Shown here in pieces: positions 12,523-25,099 of a stretch of 64,000 nt of DNA; the first letter of the stretch is position 1; each line of letters opens with the position of its first letter. The notes beneath the pieces are model-generated. The model made no database searches, was not told where the DNA came from, and worked only from the letters and a program-made list of their open reading frames with translations. This DNA is from Lobosporangium transversale (taxonomy: Eukaryota): contig NW_019028990.1 of NCBI RefSeq assembly GCF_002105155.1, positions 434,001 through 498,000 of the forward strand, in the 5' to 3' direction. The translations under genes and the position numbers were made by a program.

Positions 12523-13339
12523 ACATCTCTCTTGACTAATTCATCAAGCTGTCTAGTGGTAAAAATAATCAAGTCAACAACAACAGCTTCACCGGCATTG
12601 AAGTGAAATTCCCAGTTGTGCGAGACCATATCCATGACTGTTCGCTTCAAAAAAAAAAAAAAAAAAAAAATGGGTAAAAGATATAAAATTACGATGATAC
12701 CCGAGCCCCCCATGCCCCCGTCAGCTCGGTGTAAAGCCAATGGAAACCCTAGCAGTAGGCCATCCGTCAATGATAGTTTAACCTCGTTAGCAACAGATAC
12801 CTCAACAAATTCGAACCAAACTATGGAATAAAAGTTATACTCGATGCTGTTAAGCCTGCTTTGGGTTATCGCGATATGAGAAAAAGGCCAACAAGGAACT
12901 GATTATGGGCACCTGAAAAGGGAAATGTGTATTTGGCTTTCTTGTCTTATTTTCTTCAAGAGATGGCTCTAGCCTGGATGTAGAAGATTGACCATGAACA
13001 TGCTGTGGTTGATCAACTATTTACAACCGATGAACGCAAGACATAGGTGAAAATGGTGATTATGGGAACAACTATTATTCCACCTTCGCCATCAACTCTT
13101 TCAAAGGCTGTGACATCTTCTTGACTCTACAGTAGATCCTTTTTTGTCTCTAGCCGCTTCCAGATCCTTAAGACGATCAAGGAAATAGCCAGTGGGACCA
13201 AAAGGTTGCAGCTGATTCGTAGCGTATCTCTTCTATTGCTTGATGAAAGGGTATGTCAGTATATCAGTGTATTAGCATAGACGGAACACAATGATCAACG
13301 TTGATCATTTTCCATTGTCCATCCACATGGCCTACTCGA

Positions 13340-13374
<35 letters not shown>

Positions 13375-13497
13375 CATTCTTTCCACGTTACCTTTTAATC
13401 TATTTCTCTTTTTCTTTTCAAAACTTCATTTTTGCTTCCCATCTTTTGTATTCCCTCTATTCCTGCTCTCTTCAATCTTCACCTTTGATTAGCATCT

Positions 13498-13625
13498 ATG
13501 GACAACGAAATCACTCTCCTCGGTATTACTGATGGGAAGTCAACATCATTTCCAGCGGACCCGCCCTGGAAAACCTACCGACCATATCAAGGAGAAGATT
13601 AAGAAAGCAAAGTACCCAGAGCAAT
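13498..13625 (+). pseudogene. CRN header fragment
   Basis: MDNEITLLGITDGKSTSFPAD, then frameshifted HIKEKIKKAKYPE, paralogous to the 12092 header. Confidence 0.65.
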
Positions 13626-14623
13626 GATTTTCAGTGGTGAACCTTGCACCACCACTCAGAATATTCTCACCGTCGACGGTTTCTGGAATGATAGACCAAA
13701 GGCGAAACAGGGTATATTTGTACCAGAGTTACATCATACCACTACTTGTACAGCAGCGGAGTATCACCGGTTAAATCCACCGATGAAAAAAAAAAAAAAA
13801 AAAAAAAAAAAAAAGCACAGAACGCGTAAATGCGTAGTGCAGCAGCAAGTCCAATCCTCTCAAACACATCCCTCAAACTGTCGATTAATTCATGGTGTCC
13901 TACTTATTTACTCAAGTAATGGTGCTCTTTTGTGGGCAAGTCACGCCACACGGAAACAGTCCGCAGAGGGAGATGCCTTAATACTTTTCAAGCCGGGCAT
14001 GTACATTTGCGACATAATAGAATATACCAACCACTCTTTGTGATTTTAGTGGCAATTTTAGTGACGTCCATCGAGTCAAATACATTTTTTTAGCCGGCTC
14101 TTGCCCCGTTAGAAAATTTATTGCTTTGCTTCGTGAGGACAAAAAAAAAACGTAGTGTTACGGCTGGTTTCGAGAATAAAAAGTGTTGCCATACAACGAG
14201 GGAGAGCCGACATCGAAGGATCAAAAAGCAACATCGCTATGAGCGCTGGCTGCCACGAGCCAGTTATTATATCCTATGTTGCACCTTTTACGCCTCTGCT
14301 CAGCAGGGACAACATTGTGTGTGAACTACAATACTAACATAGATGGTGGGGATTAATGTCTGTTTCGTCTACTCCCTGTTAACAAGGTTCCACAGAGGTG
14401 AGGAACTTGTTTTGTAATCGCTCTAGATAAATTGTATTGCCCTGAACTATGAAACTCTCAAAGTTCGCACGGTATGCTGTGAAGAGCCGATTCATATCTA
14501 CAAGCCATAATATTGGGTCTCTATGTGGCTGCTGAGTACTACACCAAACCAAACCGTTTTTTATTCAATATCACTGCCTTTCTCTACTCATTTTTTTTTT
14601 TTTTTTTTTTTTTTCTTTGTACA

Positions 14624-14934
14624 GTCGACTTTTGATTATCCGAGCGATTTGCTATCGAAATCGTTCGGATAATTTTAAAGTTTTACTGAATTAACTAGTA
14701 TTTTAAATTTTACAAAATATATGATGTTCAGGTGACATTGCACTTATTTCTTCCCATGTATGCATGAAATTTTCCAGTCACTTCGTTCGAATATGCAGTT
14801 AAGGAAAAAAATGAGTGCAATGTCACTTGAACTTCATATATTTTGTAAAATTTAAAATACTAGTTAATTCAGTAAAACTTTAAAATTATCCGAACGATTT
14901 CCACTGTGTATCGTTCGGAAAACCAGAATTCGAC
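14624..14934. mobile_element. Fold-back/MITE-like inverted-repeat element
   Basis: ~95-bp near-perfect arms 14657-14754 and 14803-14901, plus degenerate outer arms 14624-14648 and 14910-14934; left end TA-CAGTCGAC. Confidence 0.7.
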
Positions 14935-14939
14935 AAATT

Positions 14940-15900
14940 AAGCATCTCTCTTCCCATTGTGCGATGTGTGGGGTGTTGGAGAAGCAGGTGTCAGAAAGCC
15001 TGAAGTTCTTGGTAATCTTTGGTCGTTGAAAGTTTTTTTGCGGCTATTACCCTTCCTATGCTCTCTTCTGTATAATCAATCTTCTATTGATGCTCGAGAT
15101 TCCAGAACTAAACTAATAAATAAATAACGAGGGTTGCCCTAGGCTAGTCCTCATCTTTCTTTTTTTCGATGTGGCAGAAAAATGAAGGTGTGGTGGGACA
15201 GGAAAGGGTTACTAGCTCGGATAATGGACGTAAAGACGTCCTTTGTCGACTTAGTACTCCACAAAGCGTTGTGGTCTGGCAATGTGGTCAACAGAGGTGA
15301 TCAGTTGATGTATGAGCAGATCATGAAATCCACTAGGTGAGAGAATAGACCTGGCTTTTAAGTTAAAAATACGCGAGTTAAGAATTGAGGTGTCTGGTTA
15401 GCCGGTAAAAGATTGGCATCCAGGTTCAGCTAGAGGGTAGCTGGGTACCTCAGTTGACTGGCAATATCAACGCCTCCCATGTTGAATTTGTAGTCATTAA
15501 CAACTTTATATATCTTCAATTCTTTTCTTGGGGATGGACCAACGATCTCTCGCACTTTCGCTCCATTGGGACTCGTTACTCGAGGATGGCATCTCAACCC
15601 CATAACCTCCTATTCTCTTCCGACCATCCCATGAATGGTCGTCAACATCTTCACAAGCTCATTGTCGTGCCAGCATACAGATAAGGTATCTGCTTGTGCT
15701 ATTCCAGAGGGTGTATCCCAGTCCAAGTTTATATTGGAGTTCTTTTGGAATTCCTGCAATATTTCCGGCTGTCCCACATGCACCAATCCCTTGATCCCCG
15801 AAATACTAGAAGAGCTTGTCACTTGTGAAGTGACCATATTAAATATTGTATGCATACCTATCTTAGGGAAACTGTTACAGAAGGTCATTAACAAAACTTT
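14940..15900 (-). mobile_element. Decayed piggyBac-like transposase
   Basis: Across frameshifts: FTSDKLF*YFGDQGIGACGTA, WHDNELVKMLTTIH and YKFNMGGVDIASQLR, matching piggyBac DDD-domain motifs. Confidence 0.8.
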
Positions 15901-16111
15901 GGATGAGGTTAATTAATTTGGAAACAATACAAAGGATGAAGGCAAAAAGGTGTAAGTGTATCCACGATCGCAAAGGGACCAATTTGGAGTGATTTGGAGT
16001 GACATAAAAAAAATTAGTAGCGTTTTTTTTTTTTTTTTTTAGTCTTCATCGTCTTTATTATTCATTTCTAGATTATTAGATGGCAAATGCTTTGAAAAAA
16101 AGGAAAAAAAA

Positions 16112-16142
<31 letters not shown>

Positions 16143-16282
16143 GAAAAGAAAAGAAAAAAAAAAAGTAATTAAAAGAAATAAAAAAAATCATCCTCTTCCC
16201 CTCCTGACTCTTAAGAGTTTGTTTCAACGTTATCGAGAAGACAAAAAAAAAAAAAAAAAAAAAAAAGAAGCCTATATAATGA

Positions 16283-19200
16283 TCAACGATTCAATGTCCC
16301 TGCTCTCTTCCTCGTCCGGAACATTGACAGTCCCGAAAGCCCAGAGGTGGTGGACATCCCAGACACGGAGGAAGCAGCGCTATTGGGCGTGGGCCGCTGT
16401 GTTAGCATGGACTGTTGTGAACGCGGTGCTAAAATAGAAGGAGACCCTCCTCCTTCAGAAGCTGGTGCTGTCGGCGATGTTGGCGCCGATTGTGTGAAAG
16501 CACTCAAGCTTGCTAAGGAGCGCGAGATAGACATCCGTGAACGTAATCTTGGTAGTGCAGGAAGCTCCTTGTCCAGAGATAGCACTCTCGTCCTACTTCT
16601 AGTATTACCATTACTACCCCCATTGCTGTTGTTGCTAGCGCTGGTGCTGGAACTATTATTCTGTCTTGGGTCATAGATGCTAATCCTCTTGTTGCTTTGT
16701 GTATCTACATCTACATCCTTAGCAATAGAAATAGGGCGTGCACCGGCCGTCATTGTCATGCTCTCATTACTGATCTCATCCTTGGGGTTGCTGTCGTTAC
16801 GATCAATATTTTTGCCGTTATCATTATTATCGCTGTCGTTATCATTGGCATTATTAAGATTATTACGGGTATTGGTATTACTGATAGTGTCATTGGTATT
16901 AGTGATGTGGGTATTAGTATTGGTAGTGTCGTTATTAATATTCGTATGAGTCGTTTTGGACATTGGCATTATCGTCATTGATGTTGCTGTGGTTGCTGTG
17001 GTGGTTGCCTCCTTGGCTTTGCCCCTGGACGGCTCCGATGGTGCTGGTGCGCTAGTGGTCGGCTTTGACTCATTTACTTCTAAGACTTCTTGACTCCCCT
17101 CAGTTTCCTTGAGGATTCCAAGGCTATAACCACCGGCACCACTGTTACTTCGTGTTCCTCGTCCTCCATCCTTTTCCTTTTCCTTCTCCTTTTGCTTCTT
17201 TTCTTTTTCCCTCTCCTTCTCTTTGGCTTCCATCTCTTCTTCAGTGGCCGCACTTATCTTCTCAATATCCTCTCTCCTAAGTCGAATCCTGTATGCAGTC
17301 TTATCCAATAACACTTCTGGCCCCAATATCTCAAGTGGTACATGTAAAAGGAAATCCATACACTCCGATGTCGACGGACAATTGTCCAAGAGGTGCCTTC
17401 GACAGATCCTTAACACCGCCAAAGCCACTCTGAACAAGGTTTTGACGCCATCGAAATAAAACACATCCCAGACTCTCAGGACAGACGCCCAGGGAAGTGA
17501 CATTGTGAAGAGCGGCAGAAACCATTGTGTCATATACATGATGGGGGACATCTCGTTCTTCTTTAGGTGCTGTGCTAGTCGTGAATCCTGTATTTCAAGC
17601 AAACGTTCAAAAACCCCTGCATCAATCCGGAGCTGCCGTAAATTGGGCGTAAAGTACTCGTTCAAGTAGTTCTCAATGGTTGCGACTAGGAGCCAGAATG
17701 CCTCTTCGACAGGCATTTGCATCAGCATCATTCCCACAAGACGACCCATTCCTTGACAGTAACCCACACTGGGCTTGTAGTGAGCGTAGGCCTTCAAAAT
17801 CGAATGGAGATCTTCTTGACCTGTTCCTCCCATACCATCCCGGAAATGAACATGGTCTGGATAGCAGCGGTTGACATCTCGAGCAATGACGTCATGAATA
17901 GGAATATGCCCTCTTGTCTGCAGCTCTTGGAATAGCCCTGGGACATGGTAGTGATGTGAATTGGCTAGGAATTGCCATACACGTCCACGAACCGATGTAG
18001 GCACTCCTCGTCTGGCAAGCTTTTTATACTGTACACAAGGTTTTGCGAGGTTAATATATGTAAAAATAAAATAATAATAAAAAGTACAGTACAAATATAT
18101 ATTTTTTTTTTTTTTTTTTTTTTTTGTAATACCTTGCTCGACTTCTTGACTTGATCAGGCTGCAGATGAGCAAGGGCATAGAGCCATTTGCTCTCGCTCA
18201 TTCGAATGTAGTCCCTTTGCTTCCTCATCGCGCGTCTGCGTTCATGGTCGGCCAAAAATTTCGAGTCCAGTTTAGTAGCCTTGAGAGTCTCGCCTACAAG
18301 CGTTGTCGAAGCCATTGCTGTCATACCATTGTGATCTTGTTGCTGTTCCTCATCAAAGTTCCCGAGGATGAAGCCATAGTCATTCACAATCACAGCTGAC
18401 TTCTTTTCCGCGGTGGATCCAGAGCCAGATCCATTGCTTGATGGCGGCCCATCTCCTCCTCCTCCTGCCTCAGTAAGCTCTTCTCCATCTCCACCACCCA
18501 GGCTCATGACTATCGAGTCGCCTTCATCTTCATCAAATTCCGAGAAATCAAACATGTCATCAAAATCATCCACTTCAAGTACAAGCGCACTAAGTGGACG
18601 AGAATCCACTCCTCCTTCAATACCATTTCCTAGCACATGTGGTTTCTTGGAATCCTCTTCAGTGGAATGATACGATCGTCGTTTCGCTTTTCCAAACCAG
18701 TTGCTCATCGATCGATGCTGTTTCTCGAGCTGAGGATGACTTGAGTGACTCATACCCGACGTCAAATGCTGTTGTTGCGATAGCTGCTGCTGCTGTAGTT
18801 GTTGATGATGCATATGAATCTGGAACTTTGAAGAAGAAGTAGACTGCGTGCTCGTCATCGTGAACGTTGTCGCTTCACTCAGTCTACGTTGATGGCCCGT
18901 CTTCTTCCTTCTAAATTCATTGACAGCAATATACCCACCCGCTCCATCGGTCGTGAACTTTGGTGGTGGCAAAGGTGGAAGTTGAGGTAGCGGTGTAATA
19001 TGATGGACAAAAGAATCGGTACTAATACCAGTACTAGCACTATTATCAGCACCGCCACCATTACTAGTATTACTACCTCCCGCTGCCATTGCTGCTGTTG
19101 CTGTTGCTGTTGGCGCTGCTGTTACTGCCCTTCCATGGACATATTGGTCCATAATTCGTGTTTCTTCTAATCCAGACACCTTTCGTTGCTGTTGCTGTTG

Positions 19201-21471
19201 AGGACTCAGGTCTGGATGGCGCGCTGGGCCAGAGTTAGATCGTTGATGACCACTCCGGTCGGTCATACTCCATTGCCGCAAGCGCTCCAATCTACTGGAC
19301 ACGAATGAATAACCAGTGGAAGTAGAGTGGATGCTACTGCTATAGCTAGAAGCCGAAGTTGGGGCTGCAGCTGGGACTGGAATAGGAACCGGAATTGAGG
19401 CCGGGACTGAGGCAGCAGTTGGAGGTTGGATCCCTAATAAGATTGCTGGACGCTCCCTGACAGACCGACTCCGAGATCGTCCAAAAAATCCAGTACTTTT
19501 ATTGGTTGTTGTCGTCGATGTTGTCGTTGTTTCCTTATCGTCCAATGCCGCCGTGGTCGCGACCGATGTCATAGATGGGTCGTTCGACAGCATACGTACG
19601 ACTTTGAGATCCACAGGTATTCTGGAGGTGCGATCAGCAAATAATCCAGCATCGGGGGCAATCGAAAACCCTACTCTCCGAAGGACATTATGTGTTTTGG
19701 ATCGAAGATCACCAAAAACTGCAGCAAAATTGCGCTCATTCTGCGGTTGATGATTAAGGTACTGATTTTGGATTTGGAACTCTATAGCTGCTTCGGGTGT
19801 GTCAAACAAAGGAGATGCAAGAGATGATGATGAAGAAGTTGAATCTTTGTTCGTCCGAAGTCGTCCTGGCTTTTTACTACTACTTTTACTACTGCCGTTG
19901 CTGCTACTTTTTTTGGGAGGTGTCGGCGGTTGTTCTTCATTGGTCGGGGTCCCTGGGCGACTTGAGCGGGCAATAGTAGCGGTAGCCATGGACTCTGTCT
20001 CAAAATCACATACTAGTACTTCTGCTTTTACAAATCCATCGAGTTGCGTGCTTGAGTTTCTTGCTGCCGAACCACCTGAATTGAGCGGATATACATGTTT
20101 AGATGACCCTGACACCAAAGAGTTATTGGAAGATGAAGGTGTGGAGAGTTGATAAAGGGGTGTGGCAGATGATGACGATGATTGCAATAGTGTTGATCCT
20201 GACCCTGGCTCTAGTCCTATTTGCTCCTGTTGTTGCTGTTGTTGCTGTTGTTGCTGTTGTTGCTGTTGCTGTTGCTGATTAATAGTATTATTTGACTTGA
20301 ACATATTTGATTTGAAAACACTTGATTTGATTCCCAGCATATTGGTTGTGATAGTTGCTGAGGAGCCATTAAGATTATTATTTGAAGAATTCGTATTAGT
20401 AGTAGCTGCTGTTGCTGTTGATTGTGTTGATGTTTGTGAAGATGATAATACAGTATTCAAATCCTTTTGCTGTTGTTTAGAAGATGAACTTTTGGAGTAG
20501 AGTGAAAATCCACAGCGAGAGGCTCCATGGGATGGGGGAGCAAGGTCAGCAGTGCTCAGTGGTCTAAACGACGCTGGAACCTCTGAGAGCGATAAACTCC
20601 GCTGCAACAAGGACGAGGGAGGAGCTGCTGGTGAAGAAATAACAAGTCTTCTTGGTGTATTGGCTTGAGAGATAACTGTACGCTTCAGGTTATCAGCACT
20701 CATCACCTTTCGAGGCCCCTGTGCCTGAAGACTATCCGCCCTTTCTTTCCTTCTCCCCCCTCGCTCCTCGCCATTTAACCTTCCAATATATGGCTCTACT
20801 GTGACAAGCGTTGTAAGCTCTGGCCCAAGTAATGGAGTCTTTTGTTCTATTGTCGCCACCGTTGTCGGCGTCACAATTGTTGGTTTTACTATTACAGATG
20901 ACAATGGTGATGCTAATGAAGATGGCGCTTCTGCGGATGCTGTTACTTTTGCTGCTGCTCCTGTTACATCTGCTTCTGCTTCTGCGTCAGGTTTGTTTAA
21001 GGGGTCTTGTGTGAGTGCTATCGTGGAGGCAACACTTTGCCCTGATTCTGTAAGTGCAGAGAGTGTGAACCCAGAGTTCTTTTCTTGTGAGGGAGAGGAG
21101 GGAAAGGAGGAACAATTGTTGTTTTGTGCAGAAGCAAGGGCCTTTTCTACGGACATATAGAATGATGATTGTGACCCTGTCCTTGGCCGAGCAGCTTTTG
21201 TTTCCTCTGTTACTGTTGTTGTTGTTGCTGTCGCCGCTGCTGAATGTTGTGTTGGAGACGAGACCGTTGAAGGCGTGGAGTTGGTACTATTGCCATGGGT
21301 AATGACACTGATACTCGGAGAGGAGAGTTTCAGTGACGGTGGAGGTGAGGGTGAAGGTGAGCTTGAAGGCGAGAGTGATGGTGAAGTTGGCATAATAAAC
21401 TGTGAGCTGTTACTTTTGGGCGTTGTTGATGGTGATGAAAAATCGATATTTTGTTCCTGAAACAAACCCAC
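16283..21471 (-). CDS. TBC-domain Rab GTPase-activating protein with long low-complexity N- and C-termini, ~1694 aa; intron 18132-18029
   Basis: GVPTSVRGRVW, IARDVNRCYP (arginine finger), YCQGM (glutamine finger), LRVWDVFYFDG. Confidence 0.92.
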
Positions 21472-24400
21472 GTTTCCTTCACAAAAGCCCTATTGCAAAA
21501 ATGGAGGGAGAAAAGGTGTGGGAGGTGTGGGGAGAGGAGAGGTTGGAGAGGAAGGGGAAATGTTGGACAAGACGGAAGAAGTAAAAAAGGAAGGCGAGAG
21601 AAGGGGTGATGATGTTGAGACACAAAGAAAAAAAAAATGAAGACCATGCAGAGTATAAGTACCCGTGCGTGCATGACATTCAAATGTAAGAGCACGCCCA
21701 CGCCAATTGTTTTTTTTTTTTTTTTTTTTTATTCGACATCATGCAGAAGCAACATTGTGAAAGAGAACTCGAGTAAAACGACCGTTGTTATTGTTTTTGC
21801 TTTTTTGTTTTTTTTTTTTTTTTCTCCTTCTCTCCTTGTCAAAAGGTATCCCAATCATTATCTTTTTTAAAAGAAAGAAAAAAATAATAATAGAGTAGCG
21901 GAGTGAAAGCGATGAAAGGCAATGCGCACCAGCCAGGCTAAGCCAAGCCAAGCCAAGCCCAACTCCAAGAGCCTAAAAGGGTGGTTCGCGTACACAGTCA
22001 GTCAACCCTATGCTTACCATGCAAAGACCACTTTCCAGACGTTCTATTAGAACAACCTGTTCTCCTGAGAATCCGGAATATTGCAACCAGGAAGTAAAAA
22101 AAAAAAAGAGAGAGAAAGAGTCAAGCAGATCAGATCCAGGCGATGAGAAGAGATAAGGGTTAAGCAATTGTAACGCACAGGTCAATTGATGTTTAAAAAA
22201 CACGCAAGAACAAGCGAGAAGAAAGAGAAAGGAAAGAAAGAAAGGTTGGGAAAAGATAAGAGGAATGCGTGAGAAGTTGGAACAAGTGGGTGGATGAGAA
22301 AAGTAGGGAGCGCATGAAACGGACGGGCGCCGCAAAAGAAAGAAAACACAAGGGAAATTAAAACCGATGAAAGAACGAACAAACAAACAAATAAACAAAG
22401 TAAAGAAAGTATAAAGAGGCAAAGAGAACGAGGAGTGGTGCGAAAGGACCATTGTCAGTCATGCTTTCTTTCATTTTCATTTTCGTACGACAATCGGTTC
22501 TTATTTTCCACCCCTTCTGGAGGGATGGAAACACAGAGGGATATCAACCCCCAATTCTGCAAAAAAGAAAAAAAAAACATGCGCTCACCAGCAAAAATCA
22601 AGAGATCTTGAGGATTCTGGACCGGAACGTTACAACGTGCTACACCCTGTGCAATCCCTGTCAAGATAATGCCATCTGGCGGTGGGCGAAGTCGTTTGTT
22701 ACAGTTGTTACAGTAGTTGCCATTAGAAAAGCCCAGTGGACGTTGACATTGTTTAATCGATGAAGTTATGGGAGGATATTAGTATTGACAATAGAGTTTG
22801 CGTTGGCAAAAGAAAAGAGCAAAAATGGAGGCATTGGCGTTGGCATTGGCATTGGCATTGAGATTGATGTTGGCATAAGCATTGATGTTGATATTGATAT
22901 TGACAGCGATATTGACAGTAAAGAGGATTGACGGTGCACGATACAACGAAAAGCGAGAACGTGACATTGAGGACAAGAGACAAAAGATGACCGTGAGTAA
23001 TTTGAAACTTGAAAGCAATTCAGTTTCAGGCATCACTTTTTATTTTATTTTTTATTTATTTATTTTTTTCTTAACATCTTTTTACCATTGGTCCGCACCT
23101 CGAAGCAATCTGATGGAACCTCATGGTCAGAGAAGTGCGATGACTGTGGCTCCATTCAAGAGAAGGGAAAGACGGAACGAATGCTGAGGAGACAGGTTGA
23201 TAAAAAAAGAAAAGAAAAAAGAGCAAAGGCTTATGTATTCTTTCATAAAAGACAACAGAGACCCTTCAACGAGACAAAAGGAAGTAGCTGAAATTTATGA
23301 AAACAAAGAGGAAAAGAATGAAAAGAACAAAGTGAATTTGTGTCTGTAGGCGTGTATGTGTTATGGATGTATGTGTGTAAGGGAATGTGAAGGGCGTGGG
23401 GGTGAGAATATGATTGTATGAATATCTGAGGATAGAGAACAGACAAGAAAGAAAAGGGTTTTTTTTTCCAGAGAGAAAAGAAGTGACAGAGAGAAAGTGA
23501 GGGGTTAGGGAACAGGTAAACCTGCCAGTCAGTCAGTCAGTCAGCCCAGCCCAGCCCAGAGCCTGGCCTGTTCGGGAGGGAGAGGAATGAATGGGATGAA
23601 GCAAATGGGACAGTTGGAATCGACACAATTGACAGAGTAGAAGATAAACCAACAAAACCAGGAGACAAGGTGTGCAAGGAACCATTTCAAGCTTGATGTA
23701 CGCGTTGACTGAACGGTGTTATTACACTACAGCTCCACCTCTACGGTTGCTACAACTACAACTTCTAGTTGTCGCATCTACTTTCAACTACAATGGAACC
23801 GGAAACGGAGGACAAAGAAAGGAAAAAGGCGCATTCTTCCTTTCTCCATTGTCTCTCGTTCCACCCTCCCTCTTGTTTGAAATCTGCGCATGGTTCAGCA
23901 CGTTTCACAAAAGATCCATCCCTTGGAGACCGGCGCGAGTGGATTGGAGGAAGGATGCATCCAATATTGTGTTTATATGCACACATGTATTTTTTTTTTT
24001 TTTTTTTTTTTCGCGTTCTCAAAAAAGACGTGTGTATTGCCATGCCTGCATGTCCTGTGCCTCTGCTTATCGACTCTACCAACTCTATCGATCTGTTTAT
24101 CTGCCCATCTGCCCATCTGTTCCTGATCCCTGGATCCTGACCCTGACCCTGACCCTGATTCTGATCCTGATTCTGTTGATCAGGTAGTTCTAAAAGGGAA
24201 CCAACTGCCTACTCAAGCAACCAAGCAAACCAAATGAGTAACTCCAGCAGCAGTAGAAGCAGTGCTTTTTCATAGGATTTCTCATCTCGCCTCCTATTCT
24301 CTCTCGATTTCTACTCTTTCTATTACTGAATATGAATCATGTCATCTTTTTTGTTTTGCCGCGAGTAAATCCTCCCGAAAGGAGTTCCCGCCTTGATATT

Positions 24401-25099
24401 TATATTTTTCTATTGCATTCTATTATGTGTGTCATGAAGATTGAGAGATTGAAATAATTACTGATCATTTATTACTGTTTTTTTTTTTTTTTTTTTTTTT
24501 TTTTCACCCGCCAGGTCTCAATGATACCACATTAGCTGAAGAATAAGATCTGGGAAAAAAAAAAAAAAAAAAAAAAAACTCACTATCGTCCCCCCTCTCC
24601 TTCCTTAGCCCTCCTCCTCCTACTTCCTCCTACTTCCTCCTAGACAATTATTTGTTCGTGTGCTGCGTTTTATTTGATTATTTGATGACAGAATGACAAT
24701 GATTGACTACACAAACAGTAAACACATATGACACTTCTTTCATCATCTCTCCATCTAATAAGAACTTTTCTTCCTTCTTTTTTTTTTTCCTTCCAAAATG
24801 AACGCGTAACTGAACCATGACATTGTGACTTCTTTATTCGGTCCTGAAACTAAAAGACCCTTTTTCTTCTTTCCAATGTCTGCTCTCAATTGCCTTTGTG
24901 TGACAACTGAAAGAGAATTGCATGAAAGAAAAAGAAAAAAAGAAAGATGCAACTTTTTCAGTCCATGTTTATGCAACCAGTTGTTAGGGCTTCTTTGTTC
25001 GGGTTCCAAACGCCAGCGTGTGTATTTTTAGGGTCTTACATTATTTATTTCAGTATGTACACACACACACACAAAAAAAAGGGCTACCCCCTTTTTTAT

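Noticed and set aside
15081..15107. 27-nt similarity to the hAT TIR module (CTTCTATTGATGCTCGAGATTCCAGAA)
   Set aside because: Too short and does not extend; lies inside the piggyBac relic, so a link cannot be supported.
21480..25090. Many short ORFs upstream of the TBC gene
   Set aside because: Products of poly-A/T tracts and hexamer repeats with no recognisable domain; likely UTR, intron or promoter DNA.
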